Shown here in pieces: positions 9,248-17,959 of a stretch of DNA of 44,407 nucleotides. This stretch comes from a virus. Lineage: Duplodnaviria; Heunggongvirae; Uroviricota; Caudoviricetes. The stretch spans positions 1 through 44,407 of the IMG/VR virus record IMGVR_UViG_3300010279_000003. The stretch is one strand, 5' to 3'. How positions within the stretch are numbered: the first letter of the stretch is position 1; the number at the start of each line of letters is the position of its first letter. The notes beneath the pieces were generated by a model that was not told where the DNA came from, ran no database searches, and saw nothing but the letters and a program-made list of their open reading frames with translations. A program made the position numbers and the translations under genes.

Positions 9248-11488
9248 CTACTCCAAATCCTCCTCTGTCACCACCAGCATTTCATTTGGTTCGTATATTG
9301 TCTTCGGTCTTAATCTGTCGCCCATCTTTTCCGGTATCCTGTATGTGCCCGGTATAACTTCACCGTTAACATCGCACCCTAGCATCAACTCACCATCTTT
9401 CAGCATCTTCTCGAGATGGTGGTTGGTGATGGCGTGGTCGCCTGAGTTCGCCACTATCTGCCGTTGGGTAAAACCGCGTCCGGTGTCGTCGGCCTGCTGC
9501 AGGTCTTCCAGCGCGGCGAGTATTGATTCCTTACGCCCTTCATCCTTCCCGCGTTTTACAGCATTCTTTACGTTTTCTTTACCTTCTTTCGTCAGCCCTT
9601 CTTCCCGCTCTTTCTCCTCGTCAGTTTTGAACGGCTCGAAGCCCCACGGCATCAGCACAAGTGCCTTATGTGGTTCTGGCAGGTCGAGGTTTACGATTGT
9701 GCCGTATTCCTCTGTGCTACCCAGGAACTCAACCGCACGGTACTCTTTCGGCGGCGGGGCTTCACGGAACTGTACCGACTCCAGCACCATACCAACCGTC
9801 TTCTGTTGAGGCCCGTGCTTAAATTTAGAGTGGTATACATTTATCTGACGGTCTGTTGCGCGTTCAATTGTCAGTTCCACATCGACGCCTGCGTACAGCG
9901 CGCCACTGCCACGGGCTTTCTTTCCACCCTTCGGGGTATGGTGGACGACGCCTACCGCGGCTTTAGTTGTGTCGCGTACTTCTTTCATGATTGCGATAAC
10001 TTTACCCATACCGATTGCCGTTGATGAACTGTTCTCGTCGAACTTATCGATCGTCAGGGCCAGCGTCTGGTTGAGGGTGTCAAACGCAACCATGCCAATA
10101 GGTTCATCCCCCGCAGTTTCGCGCATTAACTTAATCAGGCTTTTCAGTTTTCCGACTTCACCCATGTCGATGACATGTACATAATCTTTACCTTCCTCAC
10201 CATATTTAGCCGCGAGTGCGTCAATACGTGTGCGTGTAGCCGCGCCACCCTCACCGTCGATATAGAAGTGATGGCAACGCTGGGTGTCCGCCCCGGCGAA
10301 CCGGTATCCGGCGGCGCTAAGATACATCATCCCCAGCGTATAGAACGATTTGTATGTGCCCGACTCCCCGACGATATCCCAGATGCAGTCTGACGGCATA
10401 TAACCTTCAACGACGAAATCAGCCTTTACCGGTTCCGGTAGCTCGTCCTCCTCTGAGCCATCATCGTCTTCCAGGTCGTCCAGGCTGCATGAAACAGATT
10501 CACGCGCACCCCATCCGATAGCCTCGGCGACTTCACTGAACGGCAGCCCGGTCGCATCACACGCATACTTCCACACCTCTTTCGGCGACATGCCTTCGGT
10601 TGCCGTAATGTCAGTGTCGTGGATCATGGTTACGTTCGGCGCTTCGTAGCCCTCGCGCGGGAAGCACAGCAGGAAGTCGTCCGGGCGCGGCGTAGGGTCG
10701 CTGTAATTTTCTGCATGTTCCGGCGTAGCTGGCATCTTAAGGCCGCGGGGCGTCATAACACCGCCGTACTCAAACGCCAGTGCCTCAAACGCATCAGTAA
10801 ACGCGGTACGCAGTTCTTCTGGTATCTGGTAGTCAGATGCGCTGCTCACCTCGTAATCCGGGATGCCTTCCAGTAACTCTTCCGGGTCAATCAGGTCGTT
10901 TCGGCGCGACCAGATAACGGTAGAGCCAACCGGCGGCAGGTACATAGGCTGCGACAGAGTGAAACCGCTGCGGTCCGCGCCCATGCCTTTGAAGAAGTGT
11001 TCCAGCAATCCATGGCGAACACGGATGATGTCTCCGCCTTCAACCGGGCGGCCCAGCGGCATGATGACGCGAAAGCGTGGTGACTCATCGGTATGGGATG
11101 CCGTGGTGTAGAGGCACATAGCCAGGCGGCTGCGCTTAACCAGGCGCACAGCTTCCTGATACTCTTCCGGTGTTGCGCTGTCGAAGTCCAGGTACGCCAG
11201 CGACGATTTGCTTACAGACGCGTCGCAGCGATAGAAAAAGCCTTTACGCGCTTGCTTAAAGTCGCCGGTTTCCGGGTCTGTTACGGTGCTGTGTGTAGAG
11301 TCGCACGCAGCGGTGATATACCCGGGCGCGGTCTTAGGGTTAATCCCATCACGAACGGCATCGAGCGGCTGGATTAGCTCTTTCAGGTCGTCCAGTGTTG
11401 CCGTGTGTGTGGTTCTGACGTTTATATCCTTTTTCTCCGCCCGCGCGTTGCGACGTGACCACGAGTAGGATAAAATTACATCGGACAT
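9248..11488 (-). CDS. Primase/helicase (primase-polymerase-like N-terminus plus RecA-like ATPase C-terminal half)
   Basis: 746 aa; Walker A-like GESGTYKS; acidic DFD motif near N-terminus; ends ...TEEDLE. Confidence 0.7.
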   Translation of the reverse strand: MSDVILSYSWSRRNARAEKKDINVRTTHTATLDDLKELIQPLDAVRDGINPKTAPGYITAACDSTHSTVTDPETGDFKQARKGFFYRCDASVSKSSLAYLDFDSATPEEYQEAVRLVKRSRLAMCLYTTASHTDESPRFRVIMPLGRPVEGGDIIRVRHGLLEHFFKGMGADRSGFTLSQPMYLPPVGSTVIWSRRNDLIDPEELLEGIPDYEVSSASDYQIPEELRTAFTDAFEALAFEYGGVMTPRGLKMPATPEHAENYSDPTPRPDDFLLCFPREGYEAPNVTMIHDTDITATEGMSPKEVWKYACDATGLPFSEVAEAIGWGARESVSCSLDDLEDDDGSEEDELPEPVKADFVVEGYMPSDCIWDIVGESGTYKSFYTLGMMYLSAAGYRFAGADTQRCHHFYIDGEGGAATRTRIDALAAKYGEEGKDYVHVIDMGEVGKLKSLIKLMRETAGDEPIGMVAFDTLNQTLALTIDKFDENSSSTAIGMGKVIAIMKEVRDTTKAAVGVVHHTPKGGKKARGSGALYAGVDVELTIERATDRQINVYHSKFKHGPQQKTVGMVLESVQFREAPPPKEYRAVEFLGSTEEYGTIVNLDLPEPHKALVLMPWGFEPFKTDEEKEREEGLTKEGKENVKNAVKRGKDEGRKESILAALEDLQQADDTGRGFTQRQIVANSGDHAITNHHLEKMLKDGELMLGCDVNGEVIPGTYRIPEKMGDRLRPKTIYEPNEMLVVTEEDLE

Positions 11489-11546
11489 GTTGTATTTCCT
11501 TCAGCAAGTAATTTGGCCTCGGCGTTCACCGCGTCGGGGCTTTCTT

Positions 11547-11780
11547 TTATTCCAGGTCTTCTAAAGTAGCTGTCATTCCGCGAACTTCGGCAACAGCACT
11601 ATATTTCCCGCCAACATTTTTCACGACACCAGATTTAACCAGCACCTTCAACGACCCTTCAATAATGGCGGAACTATAGTACTTAAAATAACTACGCCGC
11701 AAGTCCATAACGCTGCACGACCCTTTTTTACGTGTTAGCGAAACGACCGCCGTAAATACCCGCGACTGGAACTCGGTCAT
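11547..11780 (-). CDS. Hypothetical protein
   Basis: 77 aa; ends ...TLEDLE, the same tail as two replication proteins. Confidence 0.5.
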   Translation of the reverse strand: MTEFQSRVFTAVVSLTRKKGSCSVMDLRRSYFKYYSSAIIEGSLKVLVKSGVVKNVGGKYSAVAEVRGMTATLEDLE

Positions 11781-11947
11781 TTCACGTTCTCCTTAATCCA
11801 CGCTTCCACTTTCTCCGGGTCAAACGTACCTGGCTGACGACGGCCCATAATGCGAATACAACAATCCGGGAACTTCCCACTCTTTAACCAGTTATTCAGC
11901 GTGCGACGGGTAACCCCGATGCGCTCAGCTACCTCATTCTGCGTCAT
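11777..11947 (-). CDS. AlpA/excisionase-like HTH DNA-binding protein
   Basis: ~56-aa ORF not in the ORF track (below its length cutoff); motif VAERIGVTRRTLNNWLKSGKFP; first gene after promoter 11980..12008. Confidence 0.5.
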   Translation of the reverse strand: MTQNEVAERIGVTRRTLNNWLKSGKFPDCCIRIMGRRQPGTFDPEKVEAWIKENVK

Positions 11948-11979
11948 TCTCAAACCCCCATTATCAGTTAACGAAACAA

Positions 11980-12008
11980 AGTATACATTGCGAATAATGG
12001 GAAATCAA
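11980..12008 (-). promoter_or_regulatory. Sigma70-like promoter for the minus-strand replication operon (TTGATT-N17-TATACT)
   Basis: Hexamers and 17-nt spacing read on minus strand. Confidence 0.5.
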
Positions 12009-12023
12009 ACATAATTGCACCTA

Positions 12024-12052
12024 TTGACATTATGAAAATCTTCGTTTAAGGT
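12024..12052 (+). promoter_or_regulatory. Candidate promoter (TTGACA-N17-TAAGGT) at the start of a non-coding unit
   Basis: Consensus -35, weak -10; terminator about 250 nt downstream. Confidence 0.3.
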
Positions 12053-12098
12053 GCTTCTATATCTTAGTTACTTTGATTCCTGTTCACCTTGTAAGAAT

Positions 12099-12130
12099 GT
12101 TTAACCCGTGCGTCAAGCAAAGGGTTAAAC
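12099..12130. other. Hairpin, 9-bp perfect stem GTTTAACCC/GGGTTAAAC with 14-nt loop
   Basis: Inverted repeat read directly. Confidence 0.7.
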
Positions 12131-12285
12131 ACAGGCTTACTGAACATAAGAATTATCGTAACTTTCCTTCCTTAGTATCTCCGGTTGCCCTGGGCAAGCT
12201 ATATTCTCATCGACGGCATATCTCTTAAGTATCTGATTTTCTTAAAGTGCCGTAGATTCGCAACCGTAAAAATGTAACGATTATT

Positions 12286-12313
12286 GGGCAGGCTTAAGGC
12301 CTGCCCTTTAGTT
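12286..12313 (+). terminator. Intrinsic terminator (stem GGGCAGGC/GCCTGCCC, then TTTAGTT)
   Basis: 8-bp GC-rich stem with T-rich tail in plus orientation. Confidence 0.5.
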
Positions 12314-12378
12314 ACCAAGTAATAAGAATAAAGGCACAACCTTCCCCGAAGAATCACAACGGCAGCGTAACTATTCTC

Positions 12379-12407
12379 TTGCACACCCCAATATAATAGG
12401 ATACTAT
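12379..12407 (+). promoter_or_regulatory. Sigma70-like promoter, class B (TTGCAC-N17-TACTAT)
   Basis: Spacer ...AATATAATAGGATACTATTCA; same family found six times. Confidence 0.6.
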
Positions 12408-12441
12408 TCACTTATCGAAACGAGACAGAGGAGTGAGGGTT

Positions 12442-12582
12442 ATGTTTAAGAAAGGTCAGTTGGCGAAAAAGAGGATGAATATGGTGTTGTCGCCGTATTT
12501 AGCCTTATACGGAAGAAACATGGTTACGTTCATCACAATAATTTACAGCTCATCGGCAACAATTTTAAATTCAAAGGGGTGA
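12442..12582 (+). CDS. Small hypothetical protein (~46 aa)
   Basis: Short ORF downstream of promoter with GAGG-type RBS. Confidence 0.35.
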   Translation: MFKKGQLAKKRMNMVLSPYLALYGRNMVTFITIIYSSSATILNSKG

Positions 12583-12586
12583 AGTG

Positions 12587-12790
12587 ATGGAAGAATTATT
12601 TGAAGAACTGAAACACCATAGACTGGAGAAAGTGCACTTCCAGGTAAACAGATACGAGGTTGTTTTATTAGACGGCCCGACTATTTCTTCCGGGGTATGC
12701 GAAGACTTGCTAAAAGTTTTACGTGCGCTACGAACGGCATCGAATCATGATGCTCGTGCCGAAGACTCTGAGGGAGGTTGCCGTGAATAA
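12587..12790 (+). CDS. Hypothetical protein
   Basis: ORF track 12584..12790, ATG at 12587. Confidence 0.5.
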   Translation: MEELFEELKHHRLEKVHFQVNRYEVVLLDGPTISSGVCEDLLKVLRALRTASNHDARAEDSEGGCRE

Positions 12791-12844
12791 GTTTGTTTTA
12801 ATCATCAGCGCCGTTTATGTGGTGCACGCGTTGTGGGGGTTGGT

Positions 12845-13000
12845 ATGAGAATCCGTATAACTGACCGCAGGCTTATAGATTTCGGTATCTCGGTAGGTGA
12901 TGTTTTTCTGGCGTTCAGCAGCAACCATTATGGTTTTATGATTGAGTACAAAGGGTCGTTATTGTTCGTGTATCGGGATGAATGCGAGGTTCTGGTATGA
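12845..13000 (+). CDS. Small hypothetical protein (~51 aa)
   Basis: Short ORF with overlapping stop/start to next ORF. Confidence 0.35.
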   Translation: MRIRITDRRLIDFGISVGDVFLAFSSNHYGFMIEYKGSLLFVYRDECEVLV

Positions 13001-13140
13001 GAGAAGCATTCGAACGGTGGGCCATCGTCGAGGGTTTGCCGATCAACAAGGGTTCGAAGAAAGAGTACCTGAACGTTAAGACGCGTCTCGCGTGGCGGGC
13101 GTGGAAAGCTGGTGTGCAAACTGTGATGAATAAGGTGTGA
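12997..13140 (+). CDS. Small hypothetical protein (~47 aa)
   Basis: Short ORF, ATGA overlap with upstream ORF. Confidence 0.35.
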   Translation: MREAFERWAIVEGLPINKGSKKEYLNVKTRLAWRAWKAGVQTVMNKV

Positions 13141-13143
13141 GAT

Positions 13144-13344
13144 ATGGGTAAGTGGATTAAGTGTAGTGAGCAGATGCCTGCTCCTTTCTCTCATGTACTT
13201 GTGACCGACGGGGACGAGGTTGAGATTAAATGGTTAGATGGTGATTTTGATGAGTGGGGTAGTTGGGAAGAATTCAACTCCAACATAGATAACGGGGATA
13301 TAGCGCACTGGAGGAAAGTACCTAAACCGCCGAAACTGGTGTAA
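13144..13344 (+). CDS. Hypothetical protein (DUF551-like)
   Basis: 66 aa; W...MP...HVLVTDG...W...HWRKVPKPP pattern. Confidence 0.5.
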   Translation: MGKWIKCSEQMPAPFSHVLVTDGDEVEIKWLDGDFDEWGSWEEFNSNIDNGDIAHWRKVPKPPKLV

Positions 13345-13503
13345 CAGGTCAATAGGTTACTATTTGGCTTAGTGGCTTACGCTGCTACACAGCAGCGTAC
13401 AACTTTAACCTAGTGTCGTCAAAAAGCGACACTTCTCTAAGACTCTGTTGGGTCAGGAATAAAGTGTCTCCGATTAGCGACATTAAACACTAATAAAATT
13501 TAC

Positions 13504-13532
13504 TTGCACACTGGGATAGAATAGGCTACTAT
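13504..13532 (+). promoter_or_regulatory. Sigma70-like promoter, class B (TTGCAC-N17-TACTAT)
   Basis: Followed by conserved leader AAACGAGAGGAGAGACAGAG then ATG at 13563. Confidence 0.6.
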
Positions 13533-13562
13533 TCATTTACACAAACGAGAGGAGAGACAGAG

Positions 13563-14042
13563 ATGAGTAACAAAAACGAAGTATTCGAGTACCTGATTGG
13601 CCAGTTACGGCAGCAGGTAAATGGCAACCAGTGTGAAGACCTGGCGCACGAGGTGTTGTCACTCAAGAATCAGTTACGTGATGCGTCAGAACATATTAAG
13701 GAGTTGCATAAGGCGTTGGCTACAGCTACAGGTGACGTAGGCGCTTATATAGCAGCAGAGCAATCTGGTTGCCGTAAGGAAGATACTCAGTACAACGCCT
13801 GGAGGCCGCATTATGGTGCACGACAACCTGTGCCGGATGGGACTATGGTATTTATCCGGTATCGCAACGGGGAGGAGCTGAAACACAGTGTAGCAGCAGA
13901 AAAGAGGTTGTGGATTTGGGATGGAACATACGCAGACATAGTGGAATACAAGATTGACACACAGGAATGTGAACATGACTATCGTTTGGTTCTGTGGTGT
14001 AGCGACTTACAGCAGTGCTCTAAATGCGGGGTGATCAAATGA
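13563..14042 (+). CDS. Hypothetical protein with C-terminal Cys cluster
   Basis: 159-aa ORF. Confidence 0.6.
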   Translation: MSNKNEVFEYLIGQLRQQVNGNQCEDLAHEVLSLKNQLRDASEHIKELHKALATATGDVGAYIAAEQSGCRKEDTQYNAWRPHYGARQPVPDGTMVFIRYRNGEELKHSVAAEKRLWIWDGTYADIVEYKIDTQECEHDYRLVLWCSDLQQCSKCGVIK

Positions 14043-14242
14043 CCAGCATATTATTTATCTGGGTATTGTCCGCAGGCCAGATGCAACTAGCGGCATCAGA
14101 AACGTTTTATTCGATGGAGGCGTGCCAGTCAGCGGCACGCGCCGCAGAGAACGCGCACTTTCTGTTTCAGGGTGACAAGCCCAACGACTCAGAGGTACGC
14201 GCTATCTGCTCACCTAAGCGACTTGGTAAACAGGAGAAGTGA
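14039..14242 (+). CDS. Hypothetical small exported protein (N-terminal signal-like segment)
   Basis: Hydrophobic N-terminus ILFIWVLSAGQMQLAA. Confidence 0.5.
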   Translation: MTSILFIWVLSAGQMQLAASETFYSMEACQSAARAAENAHFLFQGDKPNDSEVRAICSPKRLGKQEK

Positions 14243-14244
14243 TT

Positions 14245-14517
14245 ATGGTTCGGAAATATGAGTTAAAAGAAGACTGCGTTAATGGTCATATCGACTTAGA
14301 GGAAGATACAGACGGTGGCTGGGTTCGCTACGAAGACTACAAGGAACTGGATGACAGTTTCCAGGACTACATAACCGCTACTGACATGGAAATCGAGGGG
14401 CTTGTAGCGAGACTGGCAGAAGTAAACGCCGAGTTACAGAAATACAAAGACCAGTTCCCGGATTACGTCGAGTGCGCGAACTGTGGGTCGGTTACACATG
14501 TGGAAGGGGTGGAGTGA
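14245..14517 (+). CDS. Hypothetical protein
   Basis: ORF track 14239..14517; ATG at 14245 after CAGGAGAAG RBS. Confidence 0.5.
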   Translation: MVRKYELKEDCVNGHIDLEEDTDGGWVRYEDYKELDDSFQDYITATDMEIEGLVARLAEVNAELQKYKDQFPDYVECANCGSVTHVEGVE

Positions 14518-14711
14518 TGGTACAGAGGTATGAGGTGGAAAAATGGGGCCTGCCAGAGCCTGAGATGGCTGAGTACGCATACGGCGATTATGTAGAATAC
14601 GACGCTTATCTTAAACTGGAAGCAAAGTTACGTGAATTCGCTGAACAGGTAATGTACGAACCTTGTTCGAAAGTTACAGAAGAAATGGCCCGCGAGATTC
14701 TCGGAATATGA
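14517..14711 (+). CDS. Hypothetical protein
   Basis: ATG at 14517 overlapping upstream stop. Confidence 0.5.
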   Translation: MVQRYEVEKWGLPEPEMAEYAYGDYVEYDAYLKLEAKLREFAEQVMYEPCSKVTEEMAREILGI

Positions 14712-15001
14712 GCCTTGCAACTGACATCCTGAAACGAAGCGGCCTTGCGCCGCTGTCACCGAGAACGAACACCCGAATATACAAGCGCCGCCGTAACGCG
14801 CTGTACCCTGAGATTCAAGCCAGACGCAAAGCCATCCGCGCCTGCGGATTCCAGAGCGGGAAGGCCGTTAATCTAGGCGAGTTTAAGACGAAGGAACGCG
14901 CAGCAATCGCTAATCGGTTATTTAATTACTGGAAATCGCTGGGATATGATGATATTCCGACGAAACCGCAGAGACGACAATACATCTGGAGACATAAATA
15001 A
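14708..15001 (+). CDS. Hypothetical basic protein
   Basis: ATG at 14708 overlapping upstream stop. Confidence 0.5.
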   Translation: MSLATDILKRSGLAPLSPRTNTRIYKRRRNALYPEIQARRKAIRACGFQSGKAVNLGEFKTKERAAIANRLFNYWKSLGYDDIPTKPQRRQYIWRHK

Positions 15002-15076
15002 ACCGTTATTAAGATAATTCCTAACCGTGCTATCCTCCGGTTACTGCATACTTAATACGCACCTGGAGGATTCATC

Positions 15077-15385
15077 TTGGATAAATTTACTGAAACAGTG
15101 ACAGGCTGGCTTCTCGCTGCCGCGCTAGCCGGAGGGGTAATCGGGCTACGACAACACAAAGCCACTATTACTGGTCCTGTCGATGCTCTCTGTTTTCTCT
15201 CCACTGGATTTGCGTGCGCCGTATTTGGTGCACCTCTCGCCGCCCAATGGTTCGGTATCACCGGCGAGCGCGAGATAGCTGGCCTCGGATTTATCATCGC
15301 TGTCCTCTGGATGCCCATCTATTCCCGCCTCTCCGGTATCGTCGCCGGAGAATATATCGCACGTCGAGGAGGCACAGATGAATGA
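15077..15385 (+). CDS. Putative holin (three predicted transmembrane segments)
   Basis: 102 aa, TTG start 8 nt after GGAGGA; immediately upstream of endolysin. Confidence 0.55.
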   Translation: MDKFTETVTGWLLAAALAGGVIGLRQHKATITGPVDALCFLSTGFACAVFGAPLAAQWFGITGEREIAGLGFIIAVLWMPIYSRLSGIVAGEYIARRGGTDE

Positions 15386-15650
15386 GTTATTCTGGTTCGG
15401 TGGTATGCTGGCAATCGGAGGCGCATCGCTGTTTAATGTGTATCACCCCCGCGTGGATGACGGACTATTTGGCCGGGTGCTCTATATCCTGACTGCTATT
15501 GTCTGCGCCGCCGGAGGCATTCACCTGTTACAGGGCAGCATGTCGCCAACGTTGCCGGAGACATTAATCACATTAGTTGCGCTGCGTCAGATTCGACAGG
15601 CGTGGCTGTCATACGGAGGGCATGAGCGTGTCTCGAAATATTTCCGATAA
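15378..15650 (+). CDS. Membrane protein (second holin component or antiholin)
   Basis: 90 aa, two hydrophobic segments, overlaps holin stop and endolysin start. Confidence 0.45.
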   Translation: MNELFWFGGMLAIGGASLFNVYHPRVDDGLFGRVLYILTAIVCAAGGIHLLQGSMSPTLPETLITLVALRQIRQAWLSYGGHERVSKYFR

Positions 15651-16116
15651 TGGCTTACATTTCTGCGCCGCGTTCGAGGGATTCCGCGGAACTGCGTATC
15701 GTGCTACGCCGAATGAGAAGTACCTGACTATTGGGTACGGTCACTATGGGCCGGACGTAACACCAGGTAAGACCATCACCCCTGGCCAAGGCCTCCTGTT
15801 ACTGAATCGCGATATGGCTAAGGCCGTAGCTGCGGTTGATGCAGCAGCACACCATTCGCTGACACAGGCGCAGTTCGACGCCGTGTGTGACCTGGTCTAT
15901 AACGCCGGTGCAGGTGTGATTGCAGCTACTACTGGCACGGGTAAGGCGCTGCGTTCCGGTGATGTTGCGACGCTACGGGCTAAACTGGCGCTGTTTATCA
16001 ACCAGAACGGCAAACCGCTACTCGGCTTGCGCCGCCGTACAGCGGGTCGTCTGGCGCTGTACGACGGTAAACCGTGGCAGGAGGCTGAGGCTATTGGGCG
16101 CGCGGTGAAAGGTTGA
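15622..16116 (+). CDS. Endolysin, lysozyme (GH24-like)
   Basis: FEGFRGTAY and YLTIGYGH motifs; start ATG 15622 inside ORF-track ORF 15577..16116. Confidence 0.85.
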   Translation: MSVSRNISDNGLHFCAAFEGFRGTAYRATPNEKYLTIGYGHYGPDVTPGKTITPGQGLLLLNRDMAKAVAAVDAAAHHSLTQAQFDAVCDLVYNAGAGVIAATTGTGKALRSGDVATLRAKLALFINQNGKPLLGLRRRTAGRLALYDGKPWQEAEAIGRAVKG

Positions 16117-16183
16117 CACCTAAGACTAATCCGACGATACTTAAATCACCTCCTGTTCCATCCCTCTGCTCTCCAGTTTTATC

Positions 16184-16212
16184 CCGGCCCTGACCCAGCC
16201 GGGATTTTTTTT
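16184..16212 (+). terminator. Intrinsic terminator after the lysis genes
   Basis: Stem CCCGGC/GCCGGG followed by T8. Confidence 0.7.
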
Positions 16213-16234
16213 ATCTATTTTCTGCAATGACTAG

Positions 16235-16263
16235 TTGACTACTACCCTAGACCCTATTATATT
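16235..16263 (+). promoter_or_regulatory. Sigma70-like promoter (TTGACT-N17-TATATT)
   Basis: Followed by leader CGACAACGAGAACGGAGTAGAGAAG and ATG at 16297. Confidence 0.55.
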
Positions 16264-16296
16264 TACTCCATCGACAACGAGAACGGAGTAGAGAAG

Positions 16297-16488
16297 ATGA
16301 AAATTACTAAGATTAAGCATACCGATAACTGGGGTGATTTCCTGGAGATAGAGAAGTGCAGGGATGGTTCATTACTTATAACTTGCACCGACGGAGATAG
16401 TGACGAATTATCTAATGTTAATGTGAGCCTCGATGATTTTATGTCTATTGCTGAGCAGGTTATGGCGTTTTATGGAGATGTTAAATGA
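16297..16488 (+). CDS. Hypothetical protein
   Basis: 63-aa ORF with strong RBS. Confidence 0.5.
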   Translation: MKITKIKHTDNWGDFLEIEKCRDGSLLITCTDGDSDELSNVNVSLDDFMSIAEQVMAFYGDVK

Positions 16489-16634
16489 AAATCACAGATA
16501 TCGAAGCATTCAAAGACGCACAATTGATGGCACGCATCGCCGTTAGTAACCTGAGCAAAAGCATCCCAGCGGCCGCGTTCTGGTTCGCTGCGATGCAGAC
16601 ACTGAAAGCAGCTTATGCAGGAGAGAAGAAATGA
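16485..16634 (+). CDS. Small hypothetical protein (~49 aa)
   Basis: ATGA overlap with neighbours. Confidence 0.35.
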   Translation: MKITDIEAFKDAQLMARIAVSNLSKSIPAAAFWFAAMQTLKAAYAGEKK

Positions 16635-16789
16635 GCGAACAAGGTCAAGTAAGCCAACCGTTACGAGTAGGCCGTAAAGTCAGTCACACCCCGTTCCCGA
16701 CACGCGAGGAACTGATGAAACGAAACAGTTTCTCGGGGCCGGACAAGAACAAGTATCTCAATCGCATGTGGGGAGAGCGTAAAGAATGA
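16631..16789 (+). CDS. Small hypothetical protein (~52 aa)
   Basis: ATGA overlap with neighbours. Confidence 0.35.
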   Translation: MSEQGQVSQPLRVGRKVSHTPFPTREELMKRNSFSGPDKNKYLNRMWGERKE

Positions 16790-16974
16790 CTGACCGTGAA
16801 TACGAGAAAGCCTGTGTAGAAGCGGCACTCCGTCCCACCGACAATGGTGAATCGGAGATTGCTTGCCTGGATACTATGATTCAGTACTACGCAAATAAGG
16901 TAGACCGCCTGATGGAGCAACGTCGTGAACTGATTAACCGCTTCAACCTGAACAAAGGTGACACTAATGCCTAA
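16786..16974 (+). CDS. Hypothetical protein
   Basis: 62-aa ORF. Confidence 0.5.
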   Translation: MTDREYEKACVEAALRPTDNGESEIACLDTMIQYYANKVDRLMEQRRELINRFNLNKGDTNA

Positions 16975-17158
16975 AATCACAATCGCATCACTCGAGCGCC
17001 GTATTCTGGTGCTTGAGTCAGAGAAACAGACGTTAGGCGGGCAACTGTCAATTAACGGTGAATTTCAACTGGCGGCGTTTAAGTTGTTGTTGGAAGAACT
17101 GCGTAATAAGGCTTACGAGGAAGAACTGCGCGAACAGTATGAAGGATCAAGGTTGTGA
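16967..17158 (+). CDS. Hypothetical coiled-coil protein
   Basis: ATG 16967 inside ORF-track ORF 16958..17158. Confidence 0.5.
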   Translation: MPKITIASLERRILVLESEKQTLGGQLSINGEFQLAAFKLLLEELRNKAYEEELREQYEGSRL

Positions 17159-17337
17159 AAGCGCCTGAACCGGTAGTAATTGATGGCGTCCTGTGGAAAC
17201 CCTACTCGGTTAACCACATCGACGCCGACGGGAAGAAGTTTAGCTTCTACATTTTTGCAATTAGCCGTGAGCACGCCGCTTGTGTGGTCGATGATATACG
17301 AGAAACGGCGTGGCTTGGCGATGAGGTAGTGGGGTGA
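17155..17337 (+). CDS. Hypothetical protein
   Basis: GTG start overlapping upstream stop. Confidence 0.45.
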   Translation: MKAPEPVVIDGVLWKPYSVNHIDADGKKFSFYIFAISREHAACVVDDIRETAWLGDEVVG

Positions 17338-17339
17338 TT

Positions 17340-17510
17340 ATGTTCAGTGACATCAACGCAGCAATCGAAGAAGCAATATGGCGGCGCTATAACGGCGAGC
17401 AACAGCGGCACTTTTGCCTCGTGCAACGCGGTAACATGATTGCCGTAGTGCAGGACCGGGATAACAAATATCCGAATGCGATGTGGTCAACGAGGAATTT
17501 CTTAGGATGA
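17340..17510 (+). CDS. Small hypothetical protein (~56 aa)
   Basis: Short ORF, ATGA overlap downstream. Confidence 0.35.
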   Translation: MFSDINAAIEEAIWRRYNGEQQRHFCLVQRGNMIAVVQDRDNKYPNAMWSTRNFLG

Positions 17511-17749
17511 TTACCAGCATTCCTAACCTGATTAAAGAATTCGGCACGATGGCGGAGACATGCCGACAAACTGGCCTCAACGAAATGACGATTGCTAAGT
17601 ACAGCAAAGACGTGAAATGTGAGCGCCACGTAATTTATAACAACCGTCTTATGACGCATGTTAAGACAAGCCCGGTGTTATTCACTCGCCGCGGTATCAC
17701 TAAAACTGAGCAACGCATTGCTAAAGAGGAGAACGAATGCGGCTACTAA
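17507..17749 (+). CDS. Hypothetical protein
   Basis: ATG 17507 inside ORF-track ORF 17483..17749. Confidence 0.5.
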   Translation: MITSIPNLIKEFGTMAETCRQTGLNEMTIAKYSKDVKCERHVIYNNRLMTHVKTSPVLFTRRGITKTEQRIAKEENECGY

Positions 17750-17842
17750 TCATCCCTAACGTCTGGGCTATCGCTGTAGCTAACAACCATTACGGCGGCG
17801 ATGGTAAAAGAGCACCACGACACGGCCTGTATAACTGATACA

Positions 17843-17867
17843 AGCCCTCTACGGAGGGCTTTTCTGT
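17843..17867 (+). terminator. Intrinsic terminator at the end of the early plus-strand block
   Basis: Stem AGCCCTC/GAGGGCT, loop TACG, then TTTTCTG. Confidence 0.55.
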
Positions 17868-17959
17868 ACATCCCGCCCAATCCCCTTATATAATCCCTTT
17901 AGACGCGTAGGGCGCGTCTGGTGCGCTCTGATGGTCAGACGCATATGCAAGGGGATTAT

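Noticed and set aside
12392-12397. TATAAT hexamer inside the class B promoter spacer as the true -10
   Set aside because: It would sit only 7 nt from the TTGCAC hexamer; the TACTAT element at the standard 17-nt spacing fits better
12199-12411. 70-aa minus-strand ORF in the non-coding control region
   Set aside because: Runs through the class B promoter and terminator hairpin, has no RBS, and the region is better explained as regulatory
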